Origin: Dipteris shenzhenensis | Taxonomy: Eukaryota | Direction: 5' to 3' (one strand) | DNA: 64,000 nucleotides | Assembly (NCBI GenBank): GCA_047967505.1 | Contig: CM106538.1 | Part shown: piece after piece, positions 11,336 to 25,544 of the stretch | Numbering within the stretch: position 1 is the stretch's first letter | Layout: every line of letters starts with the position of its first letter | Made by a program: the position numbers and the translations under genes | Notes under the pieces: generated by a model | The model's database searches: none | Seen by the model: the letters and a program-made list of their open reading frames with translations, nothing else | What the model was told of the DNA's origin: nothing

Positions 11336-14300
11336 CATCCATAGAATGATCAATGCTCATCAAACCACTCTCCACAATGCATTCTTGATATGCACTGAAC
11401 CATGACCTATGAGGGGTCATATGACATGAAGCACATGGATCTAACATCCAATCACCGAGAATGGGTACATCAGTGGCCAAGAAGGAGGTGTCAGACATAG
11501 ACAAAAGAATGCCTTCATCACTGCTACTGTCAGAGGAAACCTTGGCATCCACGCCTTGAAGCTCAACATGCTTCTTCTCCTTCTTTCTATCATTCTTAAC
11601 CTTGCTCTTCTTCTTGTATTTTCTCAGCCATTTCTAGCAATACTTTTTCATGTGGCCATACTTTCCACAATAGAAACATTTAACACAAGCTCGAGAGCTA
11701 GACTTGCTCTTGGAATTCCCCCTTAAACATGACCTGTTTCTACCGATTGATCTACCTTTGGAGTGCATATCAAGGCTGTAATTTCAGCACATCGGGGCAT
11801 TTCAACCCATCATGCTGTAACATAACACTATCATGGTCATACATCCAGCATATACGAGTATAGAACTCATATGCATGGCAGTCTACACCCTGTACACCAT
11901 CCTGTACCTGCAAGTAGACTGACTTCAAGAGTGATGACTAAATGATAGAGCATGCTTGCTCATCCATGTCATCCCAATCACTCTGTTTAATGCTATTAGG
12001 CTTGACACCTTTGCATTGAATGGGCTTATGCTGCCTTTTCTGCACTAACACATCATAAATCTGCTTTTTCCAATACTGAAAGTTTGATCCATCCAACCTC
12101 TCAATATCAAAGAGGGCACTACCAGCTGTAGATGCCATATCTGTGGCACAATAGCTCACAACCAAAGAGCAGTATAGTGCAATAGGCAACCCAAATGACC
12201 AAAAATATAGTGTTGTCCAGACCAATCAGGTCTCCAAATAAACTGGCTGATCCAATGCTTAAAAGCACTCAGCCATAAAGAGGCATAAACAAGAATATAT
12301 GCAGCCCACCAGTAACCTGCCAATGCCTGGCAATCCAAGTAAGAAATGCACTGAACTAAATGAGCAATGCTTGCTCAACCAATGGCAATAGGAGCCCAGA
12401 TCAACTATCCATAAACATCAGCGCGGCATCCACCAATGCAAATCCATAATGCATCGAAATGGCATTTACTGCATCACCAATCCATCACCTCAAGTGTGCA
12501 ATCCTTTGGCAACAAAATCAAGCATTCACCACTTGCCAAATGTGCCAAAGTGACTTTCCAAAATGCCAATAATGCCCTTGGACTAAAGTGAGATCCCAAT
12601 CACTTTTTGTAATTTACTGTTGTGCAAGAGAAATCACATCCACTTTGGGCAAGATAACACGATGTCCTTGTCTTTGAACAGTGATATCTTTTCACCGAAA
12701 GACCGGATGCCAAAGCTGTAAACAGCAAAGTTGTAGCTTGTAAAAAGATCTACAACTTGTCAGTTGAGATCAAGAGCCAAATCTTTGTGGATTCTTAGAT
12801 ATTCTCACTTGAAAAACAGCTTCCTGCACATTGGTCACAAATAGATAGTAGACTGCAACTTTTTGTGGTTTTGCAGAGGCTGTAACTCCTCTGCAGCTTA
12901 TACCGGATCAACTTGCTTTGAAAAGCAAAGTTGTAGTATGTTCTGTGAACTACAACTTTCCAGTTCGGGACAAAGTGCAATTCCGCACCTGGAAAGAGAT
13001 ATTCAGTCCTGAAAATGACTGTTTTGTCATAAAAAACAGCAACAGCAGCAATTGTAATGTCCTGACCAATGGCAAACACAATGCCATAAAATCAGCCCTG
13101 AATATGGTAACAAATCAGCCCCAAAATGCTGACAAACCAGCCCTAAAATAGCTCCAAACAATGCTAATCTAACAGGATCTCAATACATCACCGTACCACC
13201 GTATGTATCCAACATAGGCAAATAACCATGCATCCAATGAATTGTCAATGCATCTCAACCAGGCATGTAGCACTATCAAAGCATGTGTCATTGCCACTGC
13301 CAAAGTGATGTACCTATAAGAAAGATAGGCAACCCACTGACTAGACAGAGAGAGCTGAGCTCTATGACGGGGGAATGAAAGAGGCCTGGGAGATGATGTA
13401 TGGTATGAATGCAAGGTGCTCGAAAAGAAGAGTGTCGATGAAGACCACTTGCTAGCAAAAACCACTCAATTCCGTAGTATAACTAGTGCCAAAAGCATCT
13501 GAAAACAAATGCATTAGCCTTGCATCCACTACACTGCATGATCAATGCATACAGCATCCAAACCGGCCCAAAACGACATCAAATTGCATCCAAAAAATGC
13601 ATCAAATGGGGGCTCGAAATGCAACACTTTTGCACTCTAAAAATCAGCAAAAAATTGCTCAAAACAATGCGTGAGATGCCCTTCCTCTTCGCCAAACATA
13701 ACAAGTACAACAGCCCCAACGATTACTGTAAATTCTTTAGTATTCTGAGCGGTGAGAGGGAGGGCTGTTAGGCTCCTTCTAGTGCTTCTAAAACAAGCTC
13801 AGAAAGGCCATCCTCAATGAATAGCCTGGTTCCTCGAGTCAGCAACTCATGGCTTCACTGCTTCAAAGGTGCATCTTTAGTAACACAAGGCGTCTCAAGA
13901 CAATCTTCAATGTCAAGCCTCCAAACAACAGCGCTTAGACTCAGTGGCTCCAAGTGCCTCAAACAAACAGTGCTATACCCAACTGCACACAAGGTTCTCC
14001 AAACGAAGCGAGCTGCTAGAAATGGCCTATGGGTTGTCGTAGAAGGACTGACTATGCACATGACTCCACCCATGAAGGCTTCTCCAAATGGCTTTATCTT
14101 CAACGATCTTCACGCCTCCGCCTGCCTTCTCAAATGTGAAGGCTGTCACACAGCAATGCAGTCTCCACTAAGCGACCTCTAATGCCTTCAACAAATGGTG
14201 CCCCAATGATGGACTGGCCAACAGACAGCTGGGCACACCTCCTTCAATGGACCTTCTCCAACCAAGCCAACAACTGGTCTCCTACAACGTCATAGTAGTC

Positions 14301-14604
14301 GGCCCAATTGCATCAGGACACAGCCTCGCTACGCCAGCAACATATAGCAGCAGGCGGCTCTACAACAACAACCAAGGAGCCAACTGCATTGCCTCAAAGC
14401 TCCAAAGTAGTGCCGCCAGAGACCCCATTGACGTAGACTCCAACAAGTTCTTGAGTAAGGAAATCATTCAGTTCTTCCTGCTCCTTTGTGCAGATCACAA
14501 TGGCAATAGCAGCCTTGCCTTCCTTTAGCTTCACCTTCAGCTCTCACGGGAATCTACCAAGCTCTCCATCAGGCTCTGGGCTTTCTCCACACTTTGATAC
14601 TAGT

Positions 14605-15060
14605 TGTGGGGGAAGAGAGGAGCACTTAGAAAGGGATAAGGGACACCGTATATGGTAGAGCAAAAGCTACTCCAGCTTATTCCTCTATCATATATATATG
14701 AGTATATATGGGCACTGTACAAGTGAGTGGGCACACTGCCCTTTACCCCAACAATATGCAGCCTTGCTAGGAGGCTAATGAGGTGATAAAGCAGAGGAAA
14801 GCAAAGCAAAAATTGCAAAAAGAGTCTGTAGGCCATGAGGTAATCTGGCAAAGCAAAAGCGTGGAGCAAAAAGGAAGTGGAAGCAAGAAAGCAAAGGGTG
14901 GTAAGAGAGAGCAAAGAGAAACCAAGTAAGAGGTGAGCTGGTAAGGACCTATGTAAGATGAGACACCATGGAGATACTTTGCAGAGGCCTTTGAATCAAT
15001 CAAGCAAAAAACACCCCCGAGCAAAGAGACATAGTATAGGGAAGCAAACAAGCAAAGACA
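14605..15060 (-). repeat. Probable 5' LTR of family E (distal boundary uncertain, may end at 14753)
   Basis: Ends in CA on the minus strand next to the decayed PBS; TATA-rich tract near 14690. Confidence 0.45.
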
Positions 15061-15316
15061 CCTTTGAATTACCTTTGTTAAATAGGGTGCTAGGCCAATC
15101 CGTTATGCGTAGTTAGGCCAATCCATTGCAATGGAACAGAAAGGGGGAGGGGGGGTTAGAGGAAAAATTAGGGGTAGTTAGGTGGGTAGGGAGAGGGGGG
15201 CTTTGGGGGTGGGGGGTTCATTATATGTGTATGTGGGTGGTCAATTATTGCAAAAAACCACAGGATGCTTACAATAACACCAAAAAATAAAGAAGAAAAT
15301 AAAAAATAAAGATAGA

Positions 15317-16160
15317 ATGTTTGGGTGTGAATCCTATGCACATGTACCAAACAAACAGAGAAACAAGCTACAACCAAAAAGCACTAAATGTATCTTCTTA
15401 GGCTATTGTGATGAGAAGAAAGCCTATAAGTTGTATGACCAAGAGGCAAAGAAGATCATAGTGAGCCACGATGTGGTGTTCACGGAGCAGCCACATGCAG
15501 TGGAGCCAGAGAAGAGCTCTTCCACTTTATCATCAAGCGAAGAGGTAATTCACTATGAAATTGTCCCAAGAGCTATAAAGGAAGAGGAAATATCAAGTGA
15601 TGAAGGTATAAGTCACCAACCTGTTGTTACACCACCGGAAAAGCCATTGCCTCGATGGGTAAGGTAGCTCTACGACCATGATAACCAAATGCCTATGTCT
15701 ATTGAGCAGCATGTAGATGGACCAAGGCGGTCTCAAAGAATCGAGGAGCAAAGGAGGGCTCCTGCTCACATAGTCAATATGGCCTTGATGGCTGAGATTA
15801 TTGCAGAAGTAAAGGAGCCTACGAGTTTGGAGGAAGCACTTGCAGACAGAGATTGGAAAAATGCTATGCATGTAGAATATGATAGCATCATGAAGAATGA
15901 AACTTGGGAGCTAGTAGATCAACCACCTAATAGAAAGGTTATTGGCACCAAGTGGGTTTGGAAGGTAAAGTACAAGGCCGATGGGACTTTGGAAAAGTAC
16001 AAAGCCAGATTGGTTGCACAAGGATTTTCATAGCTTGAAGGGTTTGATTTTCATGAATCTTTCACTCTGACTGCCAGAATGACCACTATTCGCATAGTAC
16101 TATCAGTGGCTACTCATAAAAAGTGGCCAGTTTATCAAATGGATGTTAAATCAGCATTCT
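15317..16160 (+). pseudogene. pol: Isolated copia pol fragment (integrase C-terminus to start of RT)
   Basis: FGCESYAHVP..KLQPKSTKCIFLGY; EPTSLEEAL..NETWELV..KWVWKVK..KARLVAQGF; QMDVKSAF. Confidence 0.9.
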
Positions 16161-16499
16161 GTATGGCAATAGCCCGATCAAAGGTTAATTGGGAAATCAA
16201 TGTGTGTGTTTAGATTTAAATGTCCCATCAATAAATGAGCCATACAATTAATTCCACCAATTGGATAAAAAAGCACTGGTTTGGAAAAATATAAATAAAT
16301 AAATAAAACTAAATTGAAGTACCGTTTAACAATATTGCAATCCAAAACTTTTATTTAAAAAAGAAAATGGGCAAGCTGGCAAACAAAATTTTCTTTATAT
16401 TAAGTTTGCTGACTAGACTTAGTATAAAAATGTCAAATCTGTCAAGTAGTCGAGGCTCCGAGGTCAGGGTCCACTTACCTACCACCATCCAATAAAAAT

Positions 16500-17600
16500 G
16501 AGGTATTACAATATCATCATTTCAAATGGGTAGACCAAGGAACATAGACAACCGTCTAGATTCAGAAGTAAAATTTTAAAAATATCATAAGAGCATAATG
16601 CAAAAGTAGCATCACATGTCACATGACGGTATTTCATATCCATAATTGATAGACCTTTCAAATTATTGTAAATAAATGAATACCTCCTACAACTAAAGGA
16701 AATTTTACCAGAATTAAAAGAGATAAAAGAGCAAAATTGAAACCAGCCATGGGAACCACCACAAAAAATATTATTGAGGGGGGTATTCCACACCCTTAAA
16801 TTTAGGAATGAGAATCAAGCAAATTAAATTATTAACATTTTATAAGGAGGGTAATCCTCATCCTTGAAAGATTAACCACAATTAAATGAAGGGAACAACT
16901 ATAGAAAAAGCACTAGTAAAATTAAGAAAAAATGACTAAGTCTAAAAACTTTAAGAAGGAGAGGGAAATCAAACAATAAAGAGGTTAACTAACCACATGT
17001 AAATAATGAGGGTCAAAAGGAAAACACAAGGGAAACAAAATGCCAAGGGTTAAAGTCCAAGGCCACCCCTAGCTATCCCCACATTAAAAATTGCTACAAT
17101 AATGACAACGAGGTAAACAAATGGTTAACTATGAGACTATTAAAAACCAATCTCGTAACTAAGTCAATTGATTTAATAAAAGAAACCAATGATTAAATTA
17201 AAAGAGGAAAATAAGGATACTAAGAATTAATAAAAATTCCATTATATAACTAATAATTAAACTATGCATGTAAGACAAAGAAAAGCCTAAGTTATCAAGC
17301 AATTACCAGAATAAATTGAATAGACAAAGAATTAAAAGGAAAACATTAAAAGAAATTGAATTACTTTAAAAATAGCAATTTGGTTGATTGTTTGTAAACA
17401 TTAATTTGAATTAATCATTTTTTATTATACCATAAGTTTTACTACAAAGGCATCAAAGAAAATTTAAATATAGACAATAATTAAGAAAAGAACTTTAAGG
17501 GACCTTAAAATTAGAAGATAACTACCAAAAGCTAAAGGAAATACAAATAGGTGAGGGGTCATCAACACCCTCTCCAAAAATAACCTAAAAGTAATAAATA
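16500..17600 (-). pseudogene. Heavily decayed L1-type LINE ORF2 remnant (tentative)
   Basis: Minus-strand traces in L1 order: TPHLFVF (cf. PLSPxLF), QINVYKT (cf. INxxKS), RGGLGL; very AT-rich with many stops. Confidence 0.4.
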
Positions 17601-18529
17601 AGGAACTAACAATGAGTCATGAGTTGTCATTTGCAATAGGCTATTATGATTTTTCACGTCTTAAATATTGATCATTTTTACATTCTTTTCGAGACATTAA
17701 TGAGAACTATTTTCACAACTTTAACAAAATAAGCATAGTTTCAAACTTCTTTTGAAAAATGTACATATTGCTAATTGAAAGATGAAAAGGTTTCTACTTT
17801 TCACATCAAATGACAAATTGAAAAAAACAAGATCAATGATACGATCTAATATTCTTTGAAACTACTAATAATTCATGCATGTCTACATAAAGTATGATAC
17901 ATTATTTACTTAGAATGACAAAAATATGCCTTTTCTTCTACGAAAACTTCATCCCAATCATTGAAGTTCATCCTTTTCATTGAATTAGAGAATATATGTG
18001 GTGTAAAGATAAGTATGTATATGTCATCCATAGACAAAGAAGAGGCTTGTTGAAAGAAAATATTTCGATAGGTGTAGAAAGAAAATCAAATATCTGAATG
18101 GCCAAATTTAAGATGATTGTGAGTAGTACAATTTAGTGGTTTACTTTATTTTGATCTAAATATGAATCATGAAGATGAAATTAGTTGTCCTTTTTAAAAA
18201 TGATGTAAATCTAGATTCTGGAATCCACTTTGTTGTGATAAAGTTCGACAGATACAAATTTTCATCCGAAAAAAGAAAAAATTCTAACATGAGTGCATGC
18301 AAATGTCATTCTAGTAGAAGCAAAAACATTTCATCACATGTAAAACTTTCATCGATAGAAAATTTCCATCGGTGGAAAATTTTTTTTGTCAACAAAAATT
18401 TCAGTCCGTCGATGGAATTCTTTTCTGTTGATGAATTTTGGGATTCTAGAAATCTAGTGGGATTCTGGTGGAAAATTTCCGTTAGCGGAATTTTTTTCTG
18501 TTGATGACATTTGGGATTCCAAAATCCCA

Positions 18530-20794
18530 AAGCAGCAACAACGATTGCTTCAACAAGCTTCTACCAGCACCACCGTACCTTGCCCAATGACTCATTGAAA
18601 GCGCCATCTACGCAGAGCTCACGGTTCCCTCTTGTGACTCATGATGTCCGACCTGTGATAGAATCTTCCAGATTCTATCACAATCTATGAAGATTCTGGC
18701 CTATCAAAGGCTTGAACCATAGGCTCCCACATAGTGTCTTTATCACACTAGCCATGTGCAATATTTGCCATGTTAGCACCAGCCAAACTCTATCTACCAC
18801 ATCACTTGGACATGTGGCAAAATAGGTCAACACTCGCTTGCCATGTCATCAGCCCCTATGCATTGCCATGATAGTAGGAAGGTATAGTTGCCATGTTAGT
18901 AGTCTAAAAAAGGACTTCAACTATCAAGTCGACCAAGCAGACTAGGATCCTTAGTATATTGATAGCGGTGCATCATCTCACAACAGATGAAACCATTAGA
19001 AGGTCAAAAGATTGGGAATTATGCGACCTTCCACCAAGAAAGAAGACTATAGAAAACAAATGGGTATACAAAGTGAAGTACAATCCAGATGGAAGTATTC
19101 AAAGATACAAAGCCAAACTAGTTGCAAAAGTATTTGCACAGTTATATGGTCGAGATTATGATGAGACTTATGCTCCAGTAGCAAAGATGAATTCCATATG
19201 GTTCTTGATATCACTAGTGACACTCAGTAGATGGAATGTGTATCAGCTCAATGTCAAGAATGCTTTTCTCAATGGTTACCTAAACGAGGAAGTCTACATG
19301 CAACAACCAGTAGGTTACATTGAACCAAGAAAGGAGAATAAGGTTTGCCACCTTAAGAAAAGTCTCTATGGCTTAAAGCAAGCACCTAGAAGTTGGTACA
19401 ATAGAATCAACATGTATTTTGTTGATCTGGGATACATGAAATCCAATGTAGATCATACTCTCTACTACAAAGTTCAAGGGGAAGACATTACTATTGCACT
19501 TTTTTATGTAGATGATCTGATTATGATAGGAAGCAAGGATAGCTTCATCAAGAAATTAAAACAAGACTTATCTGCAGAGTTCAACATGAAAGATCTTGGA
19601 CTTATGCACTATTGTCTTGGAATTGAGTTTTGGAGAGATTCAAACATCACCTTTATGAGTTAGCTCAAGTATGTTGAGAGTATCCTAAAGAAGTTTCATA
19701 TGGCAGGTTGCAAGATTGCAGCCACTCCCATGGAACATAGTTTGAAACTTACAAAAGACTCAGCAAAGCCTACAGTCAATGATAGATACTACAGGCAGCT
19801 CATCAAATCTCTTATATAGCTAACTATCACACACCCATATATTTGTTATGTAGTAAGTTCACTAGCACAGTTTATGGCAAATCCAAAATAGTCTCATTGG
19901 AATGTAGCCAAAAGTGTCTTGAGATACATCAGAGGTACAAGACAGTTTGGAATAGAATACAAAGGAAGTCATCCATGGTTGCATGGATATTGTGACAGTG
20001 ACTATGCTGGAGATCATGAGACTAGGACATCCACATAGGGATATGCATTTTTCCTTGTTCAAGGTGCTATATATATCATGGTTGTCAAACAAACAACCAA
20101 CTGTTTCTTTGTCTTCAACTGAAGCAGAATATAGAGCACTCACTACAGGTGCATGTGAAGCTATATGGCTCAGAAGACTATTGTCAAAAAAAGATTACTT
20201 TGATGAATCAAATCCAACAACAATATACTGTGATAACCAATCGGTTCAAGCATTGGCCAACAATCTAGTATATCACCCCAAGTCAAAGCATATTGATGTT
20301 AGAGAGCACTTCATTAGAGAAAGAGTGTTACTTGGTGACATCACATGCAAACATTTGATAGCAAATAGAATGCTGCAGACACCTTTATGAAACCACTCGA
20401 TAAAGAGCTTTTTAAGAAACATCAACAAGCTCTTGGTTTGATGCAGAGGAAGGACATTCCCATGAAAGGGGTGTGATGGAATGTAATGTTTAGTCCTTCT
20501 TCAATTCCCCAGAATCATCATCTTGAGGGAAGGCCTACTTCATGATGTTGATCTTGAGGAAAGGTGTTGAGAAATCATGCTCAACATCATGTTACCATAT
20601 GTGCATATCACTAACACCATAGAGTGCTATAAAGGAAAGGGTTAGATGCCCTAACCCTAACTCTAAATGGGTTTGTATATATTGTACATTTTCAACTAAA
20701 TCTAGTGTACAATTAGTTATTTGTGGTGTGCTTTCTAGATATGCCCTCTCTCCTCATCTCCACTCTTCTCCTCTCCCCTCTTCATATTTTGTTA
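18530..20794 (+). mobile_element. Copia family B, internally deleted copy (leader fragment, PR trace, RT-RH, 3' LTR 20565-20794)
   Basis: RT WELCDLPP..YGLKQAPRSW..FYVDD; RH STEAEYRA..KHIDVREHFIRE; LTR matches 37762 and 49944. Confidence 0.9.
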
Positions 20795-22146
20795 ACTCTT
20801 GCTAGCATAATATGTCCCATGGGCTATAAGATTGCATAGGATATTCACAAATAGCCAACAATGCCAACGCACACACAACCCACAATTAATTTTCCCTAAC
20901 CCTAAGCCATTGTTCTAAACTTTAGACACAGGCCACCAAAATTAGCACACACGACAAAGGACCAATAAGCCAAGAGTAGCATATACCATCAGCATTCCAG
21001 CTATTCACAAACAACCAAACAACACAACACAACCCCCAGTCCTTTTCCTGAAACCAACATTCTGTTTATCTAAAACCCACTATTCCATTTACCAAAACCC
21101 AAGACACAATCCACCAAAACTAGCACGCACCACACAGACAAAACCCACCAAAGCCAGAATCTGTAGTGTAGACATCTGCTGCAATAAAACAATTTGAAGA
21201 CAACTCAAATCTGGGCAAACAAACACATACATCATAGGTGTATGTGCACACTAAAAGCCATTTCTGTCCACAATAATCATACCAAGATGAGCCCATAGAT
21301 AGAACTTCAACAAGGTCTCTAAAAGCTCCTAAATTTCTATACACAACTAAAAAGCCCAAAGTAAATAGCAATGAAGAAATTAACAAACATCCAGGAATTC
21401 CACATACATAGACACAGACAAAGACACACACACAACCCATAACACACAATAATCATGCTAAGGTGAACCTAAAATCATAAGCACACTCACAAGTGCACAC
21501 TAAGGAGCCATTAAAATCTATAGTAATCACACCAAGGTGATCCTACAAATGGAACGCAACCTGTGAAAATGGAGATATAGTTGGGTGGCCTAAAAGAAAT
21601 ACAGAAACATCATGCAAATAAGACATGGCTATTCTTGACATTACTATAGGCACTACAAAAGGTTGTAGCCTATTATAAATTTTCATAAGGGCTTGTCCCA
21701 TGTAATAGCCAACAATGTCCCCACACAAAAAAACACACATGTGCGCACCATCATGCAGACTAGCCATGCTTGGACGCAAACTTGCTAGCACATAAAGTCA
21801 TAGCCTATAAGCGTGCATGAGGGGTTAAGCCATGTGTAGGCCAACCATAGCCTGCAGCTAGCAATGCCCCCCCCCCCCCCCCACACCCCCCCCCCCCAAT
21901 ACCCACCATCATGCAAAGAAGCTGTTGTCTCTGTGCCAACATGGACTTAGGTAGAATAGAATGTGTGTGTAGAATAGCAGCAAAGCTCCGCTTGTACTTG
22001 CATAAGGCTAGAAATAATCCCTCTTAGACATCCAACTTGCATGTTCTACATGCAATTCTACATACGACTCCTATGTGCGAGTTGTACATGCAAGTTCTAC
22101 ATGCGAGTTGTACATATGACTTCTACATGCAACTTCTATATGCGAG

Positions 22147-24425
22147 TGTTGGGATAAATATGATCAAGGGCTTGCTCTATGGTGCATGTGTGCATCTAGG
22201 GGAGTCACATGTGTGTTTGTGTGTGTTGTAAAGGCACATCAAGTGCTATGATGTGTCAAGTGTGTGACCTAAGTGATGATGTAAGCGAAAGACCCCCACA
22301 TGGGAGGTTCCTTTGATTTAATTAGGTCAATCCCACTGATGTAGGGGCTGATTGCCACTGATGTAGGGGCTGATTGACACTTATGTAGGGAAGGTACTAC
22401 CTTCTCCCCCTTTCTATAAGAGAGAGTCCTCTCTCTCACAATCCATAATAGAGAACCACATCTTCGTTTCATTGTGCTCTCACACCTCTTTCAAGATGCA
22501 TCTATTCTCTCCTATGGGATTCTACACTTGGTATCAGAGCTTTAGGTTCTAGATCTAGCCTAGCCTAGCATTAGATGCTTTCTCTAGCATAAACTACTAG
22601 TTTTCTCAAAGCTTCTTCATTATCTCCATCTTCCTCCTTCCCCAAATCTGTGAGAGCTCAATTCTCCCATTATATGTGACCATTGCTCAAACCCTTTGAG
22701 CTGTAGACTCCTAGTGTATGGGGGACCTTCTAGCTGCAAGCAATTAGGGAGATTTCCTCTGTACATGCAATGCCAACACGAAGACTTCTTGCCAATCTTT
22801 CGCGTAATGCCGCCTCTGTGCTTACCTATTTGCAAATCCCTCTGAACCTGAACTGGGACAACACTACAGGCAAGCTGGTGATGAAATCTAATCCTGTTTA
22901 GTCAAGAATTGGAGGGGAAATCATAAAAAAACCAGTCAACTTTGTGAAGCTTGGCTATGGCAACCTAGCGCAACATTGCCCTTTTCCTTGGTGGAGGACC
23001 TTCTCTGGTATAAGGCCTTTCTTCGTGCATAAAAATCCCCTTTAATAGAGCTATGAGCTATGAGAATTGCACCCTCCAATCTACTCTGATCTCTGTTGAC
23101 AAAATTTTGCATATTTTGGTCATAAGGTGTTGAGCAATCACCTTAAGTTTGGGGCTTTCATGATTTACTACAGACTTTCATTGCTTTGATTGTACTTGAG
23201 TAGTCAAACTCAGTCATGGAGCTCATAAATGTCCTTATACTTTGCATTTAGAATGATGACTATGTGATTCTCTCTTGATGAGTACTTGAATTGTAAAGAT
23301 GACTAAGCCCAAGCAAGTAGAGAAGTTGGATGGAACTAGTTTCCATACTTGGCAAACAAAAGCTGAATTTTATGCTTATGAAAAAGAAGATATGGAATGT
23401 TGTGAATGGAAAGAAGTCTACAAAAGAAAAAGCTAATTGGTTGATCAAAGACAAAAAGACTCTTGCTACCATTGCTATGGGATTAAGTGACTCATACATT
23501 CACCACATTGTATGGCTTTGAAACTTCACATGAAGCTTGGGATCATCTTCTCATAGTATTTCGTGCACAAAGAAAATGATTCAAATATATCTTGTTCCTT
23601 TGCCTACAATTGGAAAAGTGAATGTGTTATTCCATGAAGAACAACAAAGAGAATCAAGCATTTCTTGTGAAGAAGGACTACTTCAACAACAAAGCAAATC
23701 CTGGCTGAAGGAAGGACTCCATCAGTAAATGACAAATCAAACTTTGAAAATAAAGACTATGCTTTTTAAGCACTTTGTCATTTGAATTTTTGTTTATCAT
23801 CACTTGGTCAAATTTTGAGGTTCTCTGCCTGGAGTAGTACTCCATAAAGAGTATCATATGTTTTGTAAATACCCTCTGGTCACCATATGATGTAGACCAT
23901 GTGATATGTGTTTTGACTATCCCATTTATGTGAACCTCACACCCTTGGGAACCCTTGCTAGCATGAGATCCTAGCCATAGATTTATCCTTGACCACCATG
24001 AGATGGCATGAGAAACTATGAGACTAGATGTATCCTTGACACTACAAGAGGCAACCCCTTGAGGGGGGGTATGTTGGGATAAGTATGATCAAGGGCTTGC
24101 TCTATGGTGCATGTGTGCATCTAGGGGAGTCACATGTGTGTTTGTGTGTGTTGTAAAGGCACATCAAGTGCTATGATGTGTCAAGTGTGTGACCTAAGTG
24201 ATGATGTAATCCAAAGGCCCCCACATGGGAGGTTCCTTCAATTTAGGCTAGTCCCACTGATGTAGGGGCTGATTGCCACTTATGTAGGGAAGGTACTACC
24301 TTCTCCCCCTTTCTATAAGAGAGAGTCTTCTCTCTCACAATCCATAGTAGAGAACTACATCTTTGTTTCATTGTGCTCTCTCACCTCTTTCAAGATGCAT
24401 CTATTCTATCCTACGGGATTCTACA
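22147..24425 (+). mobile_element. Short non-autonomous copia-type LTR element (family C), decayed gag only
   Basis: LTRs 22147-22526 and 24072-24425, TSD GCGAG, PBS 22529-22540, PPT 24061-24069, gag remnant 23330-23550 (WLIKDKKTLATIAMGLSDSYIHHI). Confidence 0.95.
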
Positions 24426-24430
24426 GCGAG

Positions 24431-25000
24431 TTCTACATATAGAAAGAGAACGTGTTACAAATTCTATATGCGAGTTATACATGTAGAAAGAGAATGTGTT
24501 ACAACTTCTATATGCAAGTTCTACATGTAGAAAGAGAATGTGTTACAACTTCTACATATGACTTCTACATGTAGAGAGAGAATGTGTTACACTTTCTACA
24601 TGCAGAGAGAGAAGCTCTCCAACTTGTATATATACCCCATAATGGAATGAAGGGGCCACACTCTTTGGGGCATTGTGTTGAGTTCTACTTTGGTATTCGA
24701 AGCAATTGTCTCAAGTGTCCATGCTTCCTTGCACTCCACGTCCAAAAGTATGTCCTAACCTTGCAACTCCTCCTCCCCTCTCCTCCAACCTTGCAACCCA
24801 TCCTCTCCCTCTCCTCCTCCCTCCTCCTCTTCCTCTCCTCCTCCCTCCTCCTCATCCCTCTTCCTCCTCCTTCTCCCTTCTCGTCCTCCTCCTCTCACCT
24901 CCTCCCTCCTCCTCCCTCCTCTCTCTTCTTTCCCCCATGCCCTTACACCTTCTTCCTCTCCCACTCCTATGCTCCCCCTAAACCCTTTATTCCTCAACCT
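24431..25000 (+). repeat. LTR segment shared with 31605-32118 (minisatellite plus CT-rich tract)
   Basis: Direct repeat GCAGAGAGAGAAGCTCTCCAACTTGTAT...CCTCAACC at both loci. Confidence 0.88.
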
Positions 25001-25049
25001 TTAAACTCCATGATCTACGACGAGGGAGAAAAGTTCTCCACCATGTACT

Positions 25050-25295
25050 CTACCCTGAACCTTGGATCCTCCTTCTAACCCTGGACTCCTTCTAAACCCT
25101 GGAACCTCCAACCCTGGAACCTCTTCTAAACTCTGTAACCTCTCTCTAAACCTTGGAACCTCCTACTAACCTTGAAACTCCTTCTAACCCTAGAACCTCC
25201 TTCTAAACCTTGGAAACTCCTTCTAAACCCTGGAGCCTCCTTCTAATCCTGGAACCTCCTTCTAACCCTTAAACTTCTCCTAAACCGTGCAACCC
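25050..25295 (+). repeat. ~20-bp minisatellite (CCTTCTAA(A)CCCTGGAACCT)
   Basis: About a dozen diverged tandem copies. Confidence 0.85.
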
Positions 25296-25544
25296 GGAAT
25301 GAAGGTGAAAGCCTTCATTACCTCAATCATGATGATACACGTTCCTTTTACACATGCATGCACTTTGTTTGCTTACCACACTTAAGCCTACGTCTCTCAC
25401 CGGAACATGACTCGAGGTCCTAAGCTACACATATACTACAACTGACAAACCCCGATATATTTGTAGGTGACAAAAAGCCTCGGAACCCTGCATACTGAAA
25501 ATACCTAGCTCTTCCTATGAAAGAAGTAGGAAAGAGCCAACATT

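Larger units (their letters stand above)
3960..15060 (-). mobile_element. Old degenerate Ty1/copia element (family E), interrupted by the 5847-11335 insertion; outer boundaries approximate
   Basis: Decayed PBS (rc ACTTTGATACTA 14591-14602); ~2.4 kb leader; gag start at 12138 (MASTAGSALFDIERLDGSNFQYWK); zinc knuckle CFYCGKYGHMKKYC near 11640-11680; protease WMLDPCASCHMT; integrase VHSAVCGPM..YFVTFID; deleted RT remnant CLLRKCLHN*KQSP*AW. Confidence 0.85.

Noticed and set aside
20800-21800. Possible exons on the minus strand (acceptor near 21180)
   Set aside because: No consistent frame or recognisable protein; left unannotated
22030-25295. CRISPR-like arrays
   Set aside because: Contiguous tandem repeats without unique spacers, eukaryotic context, no cas genes
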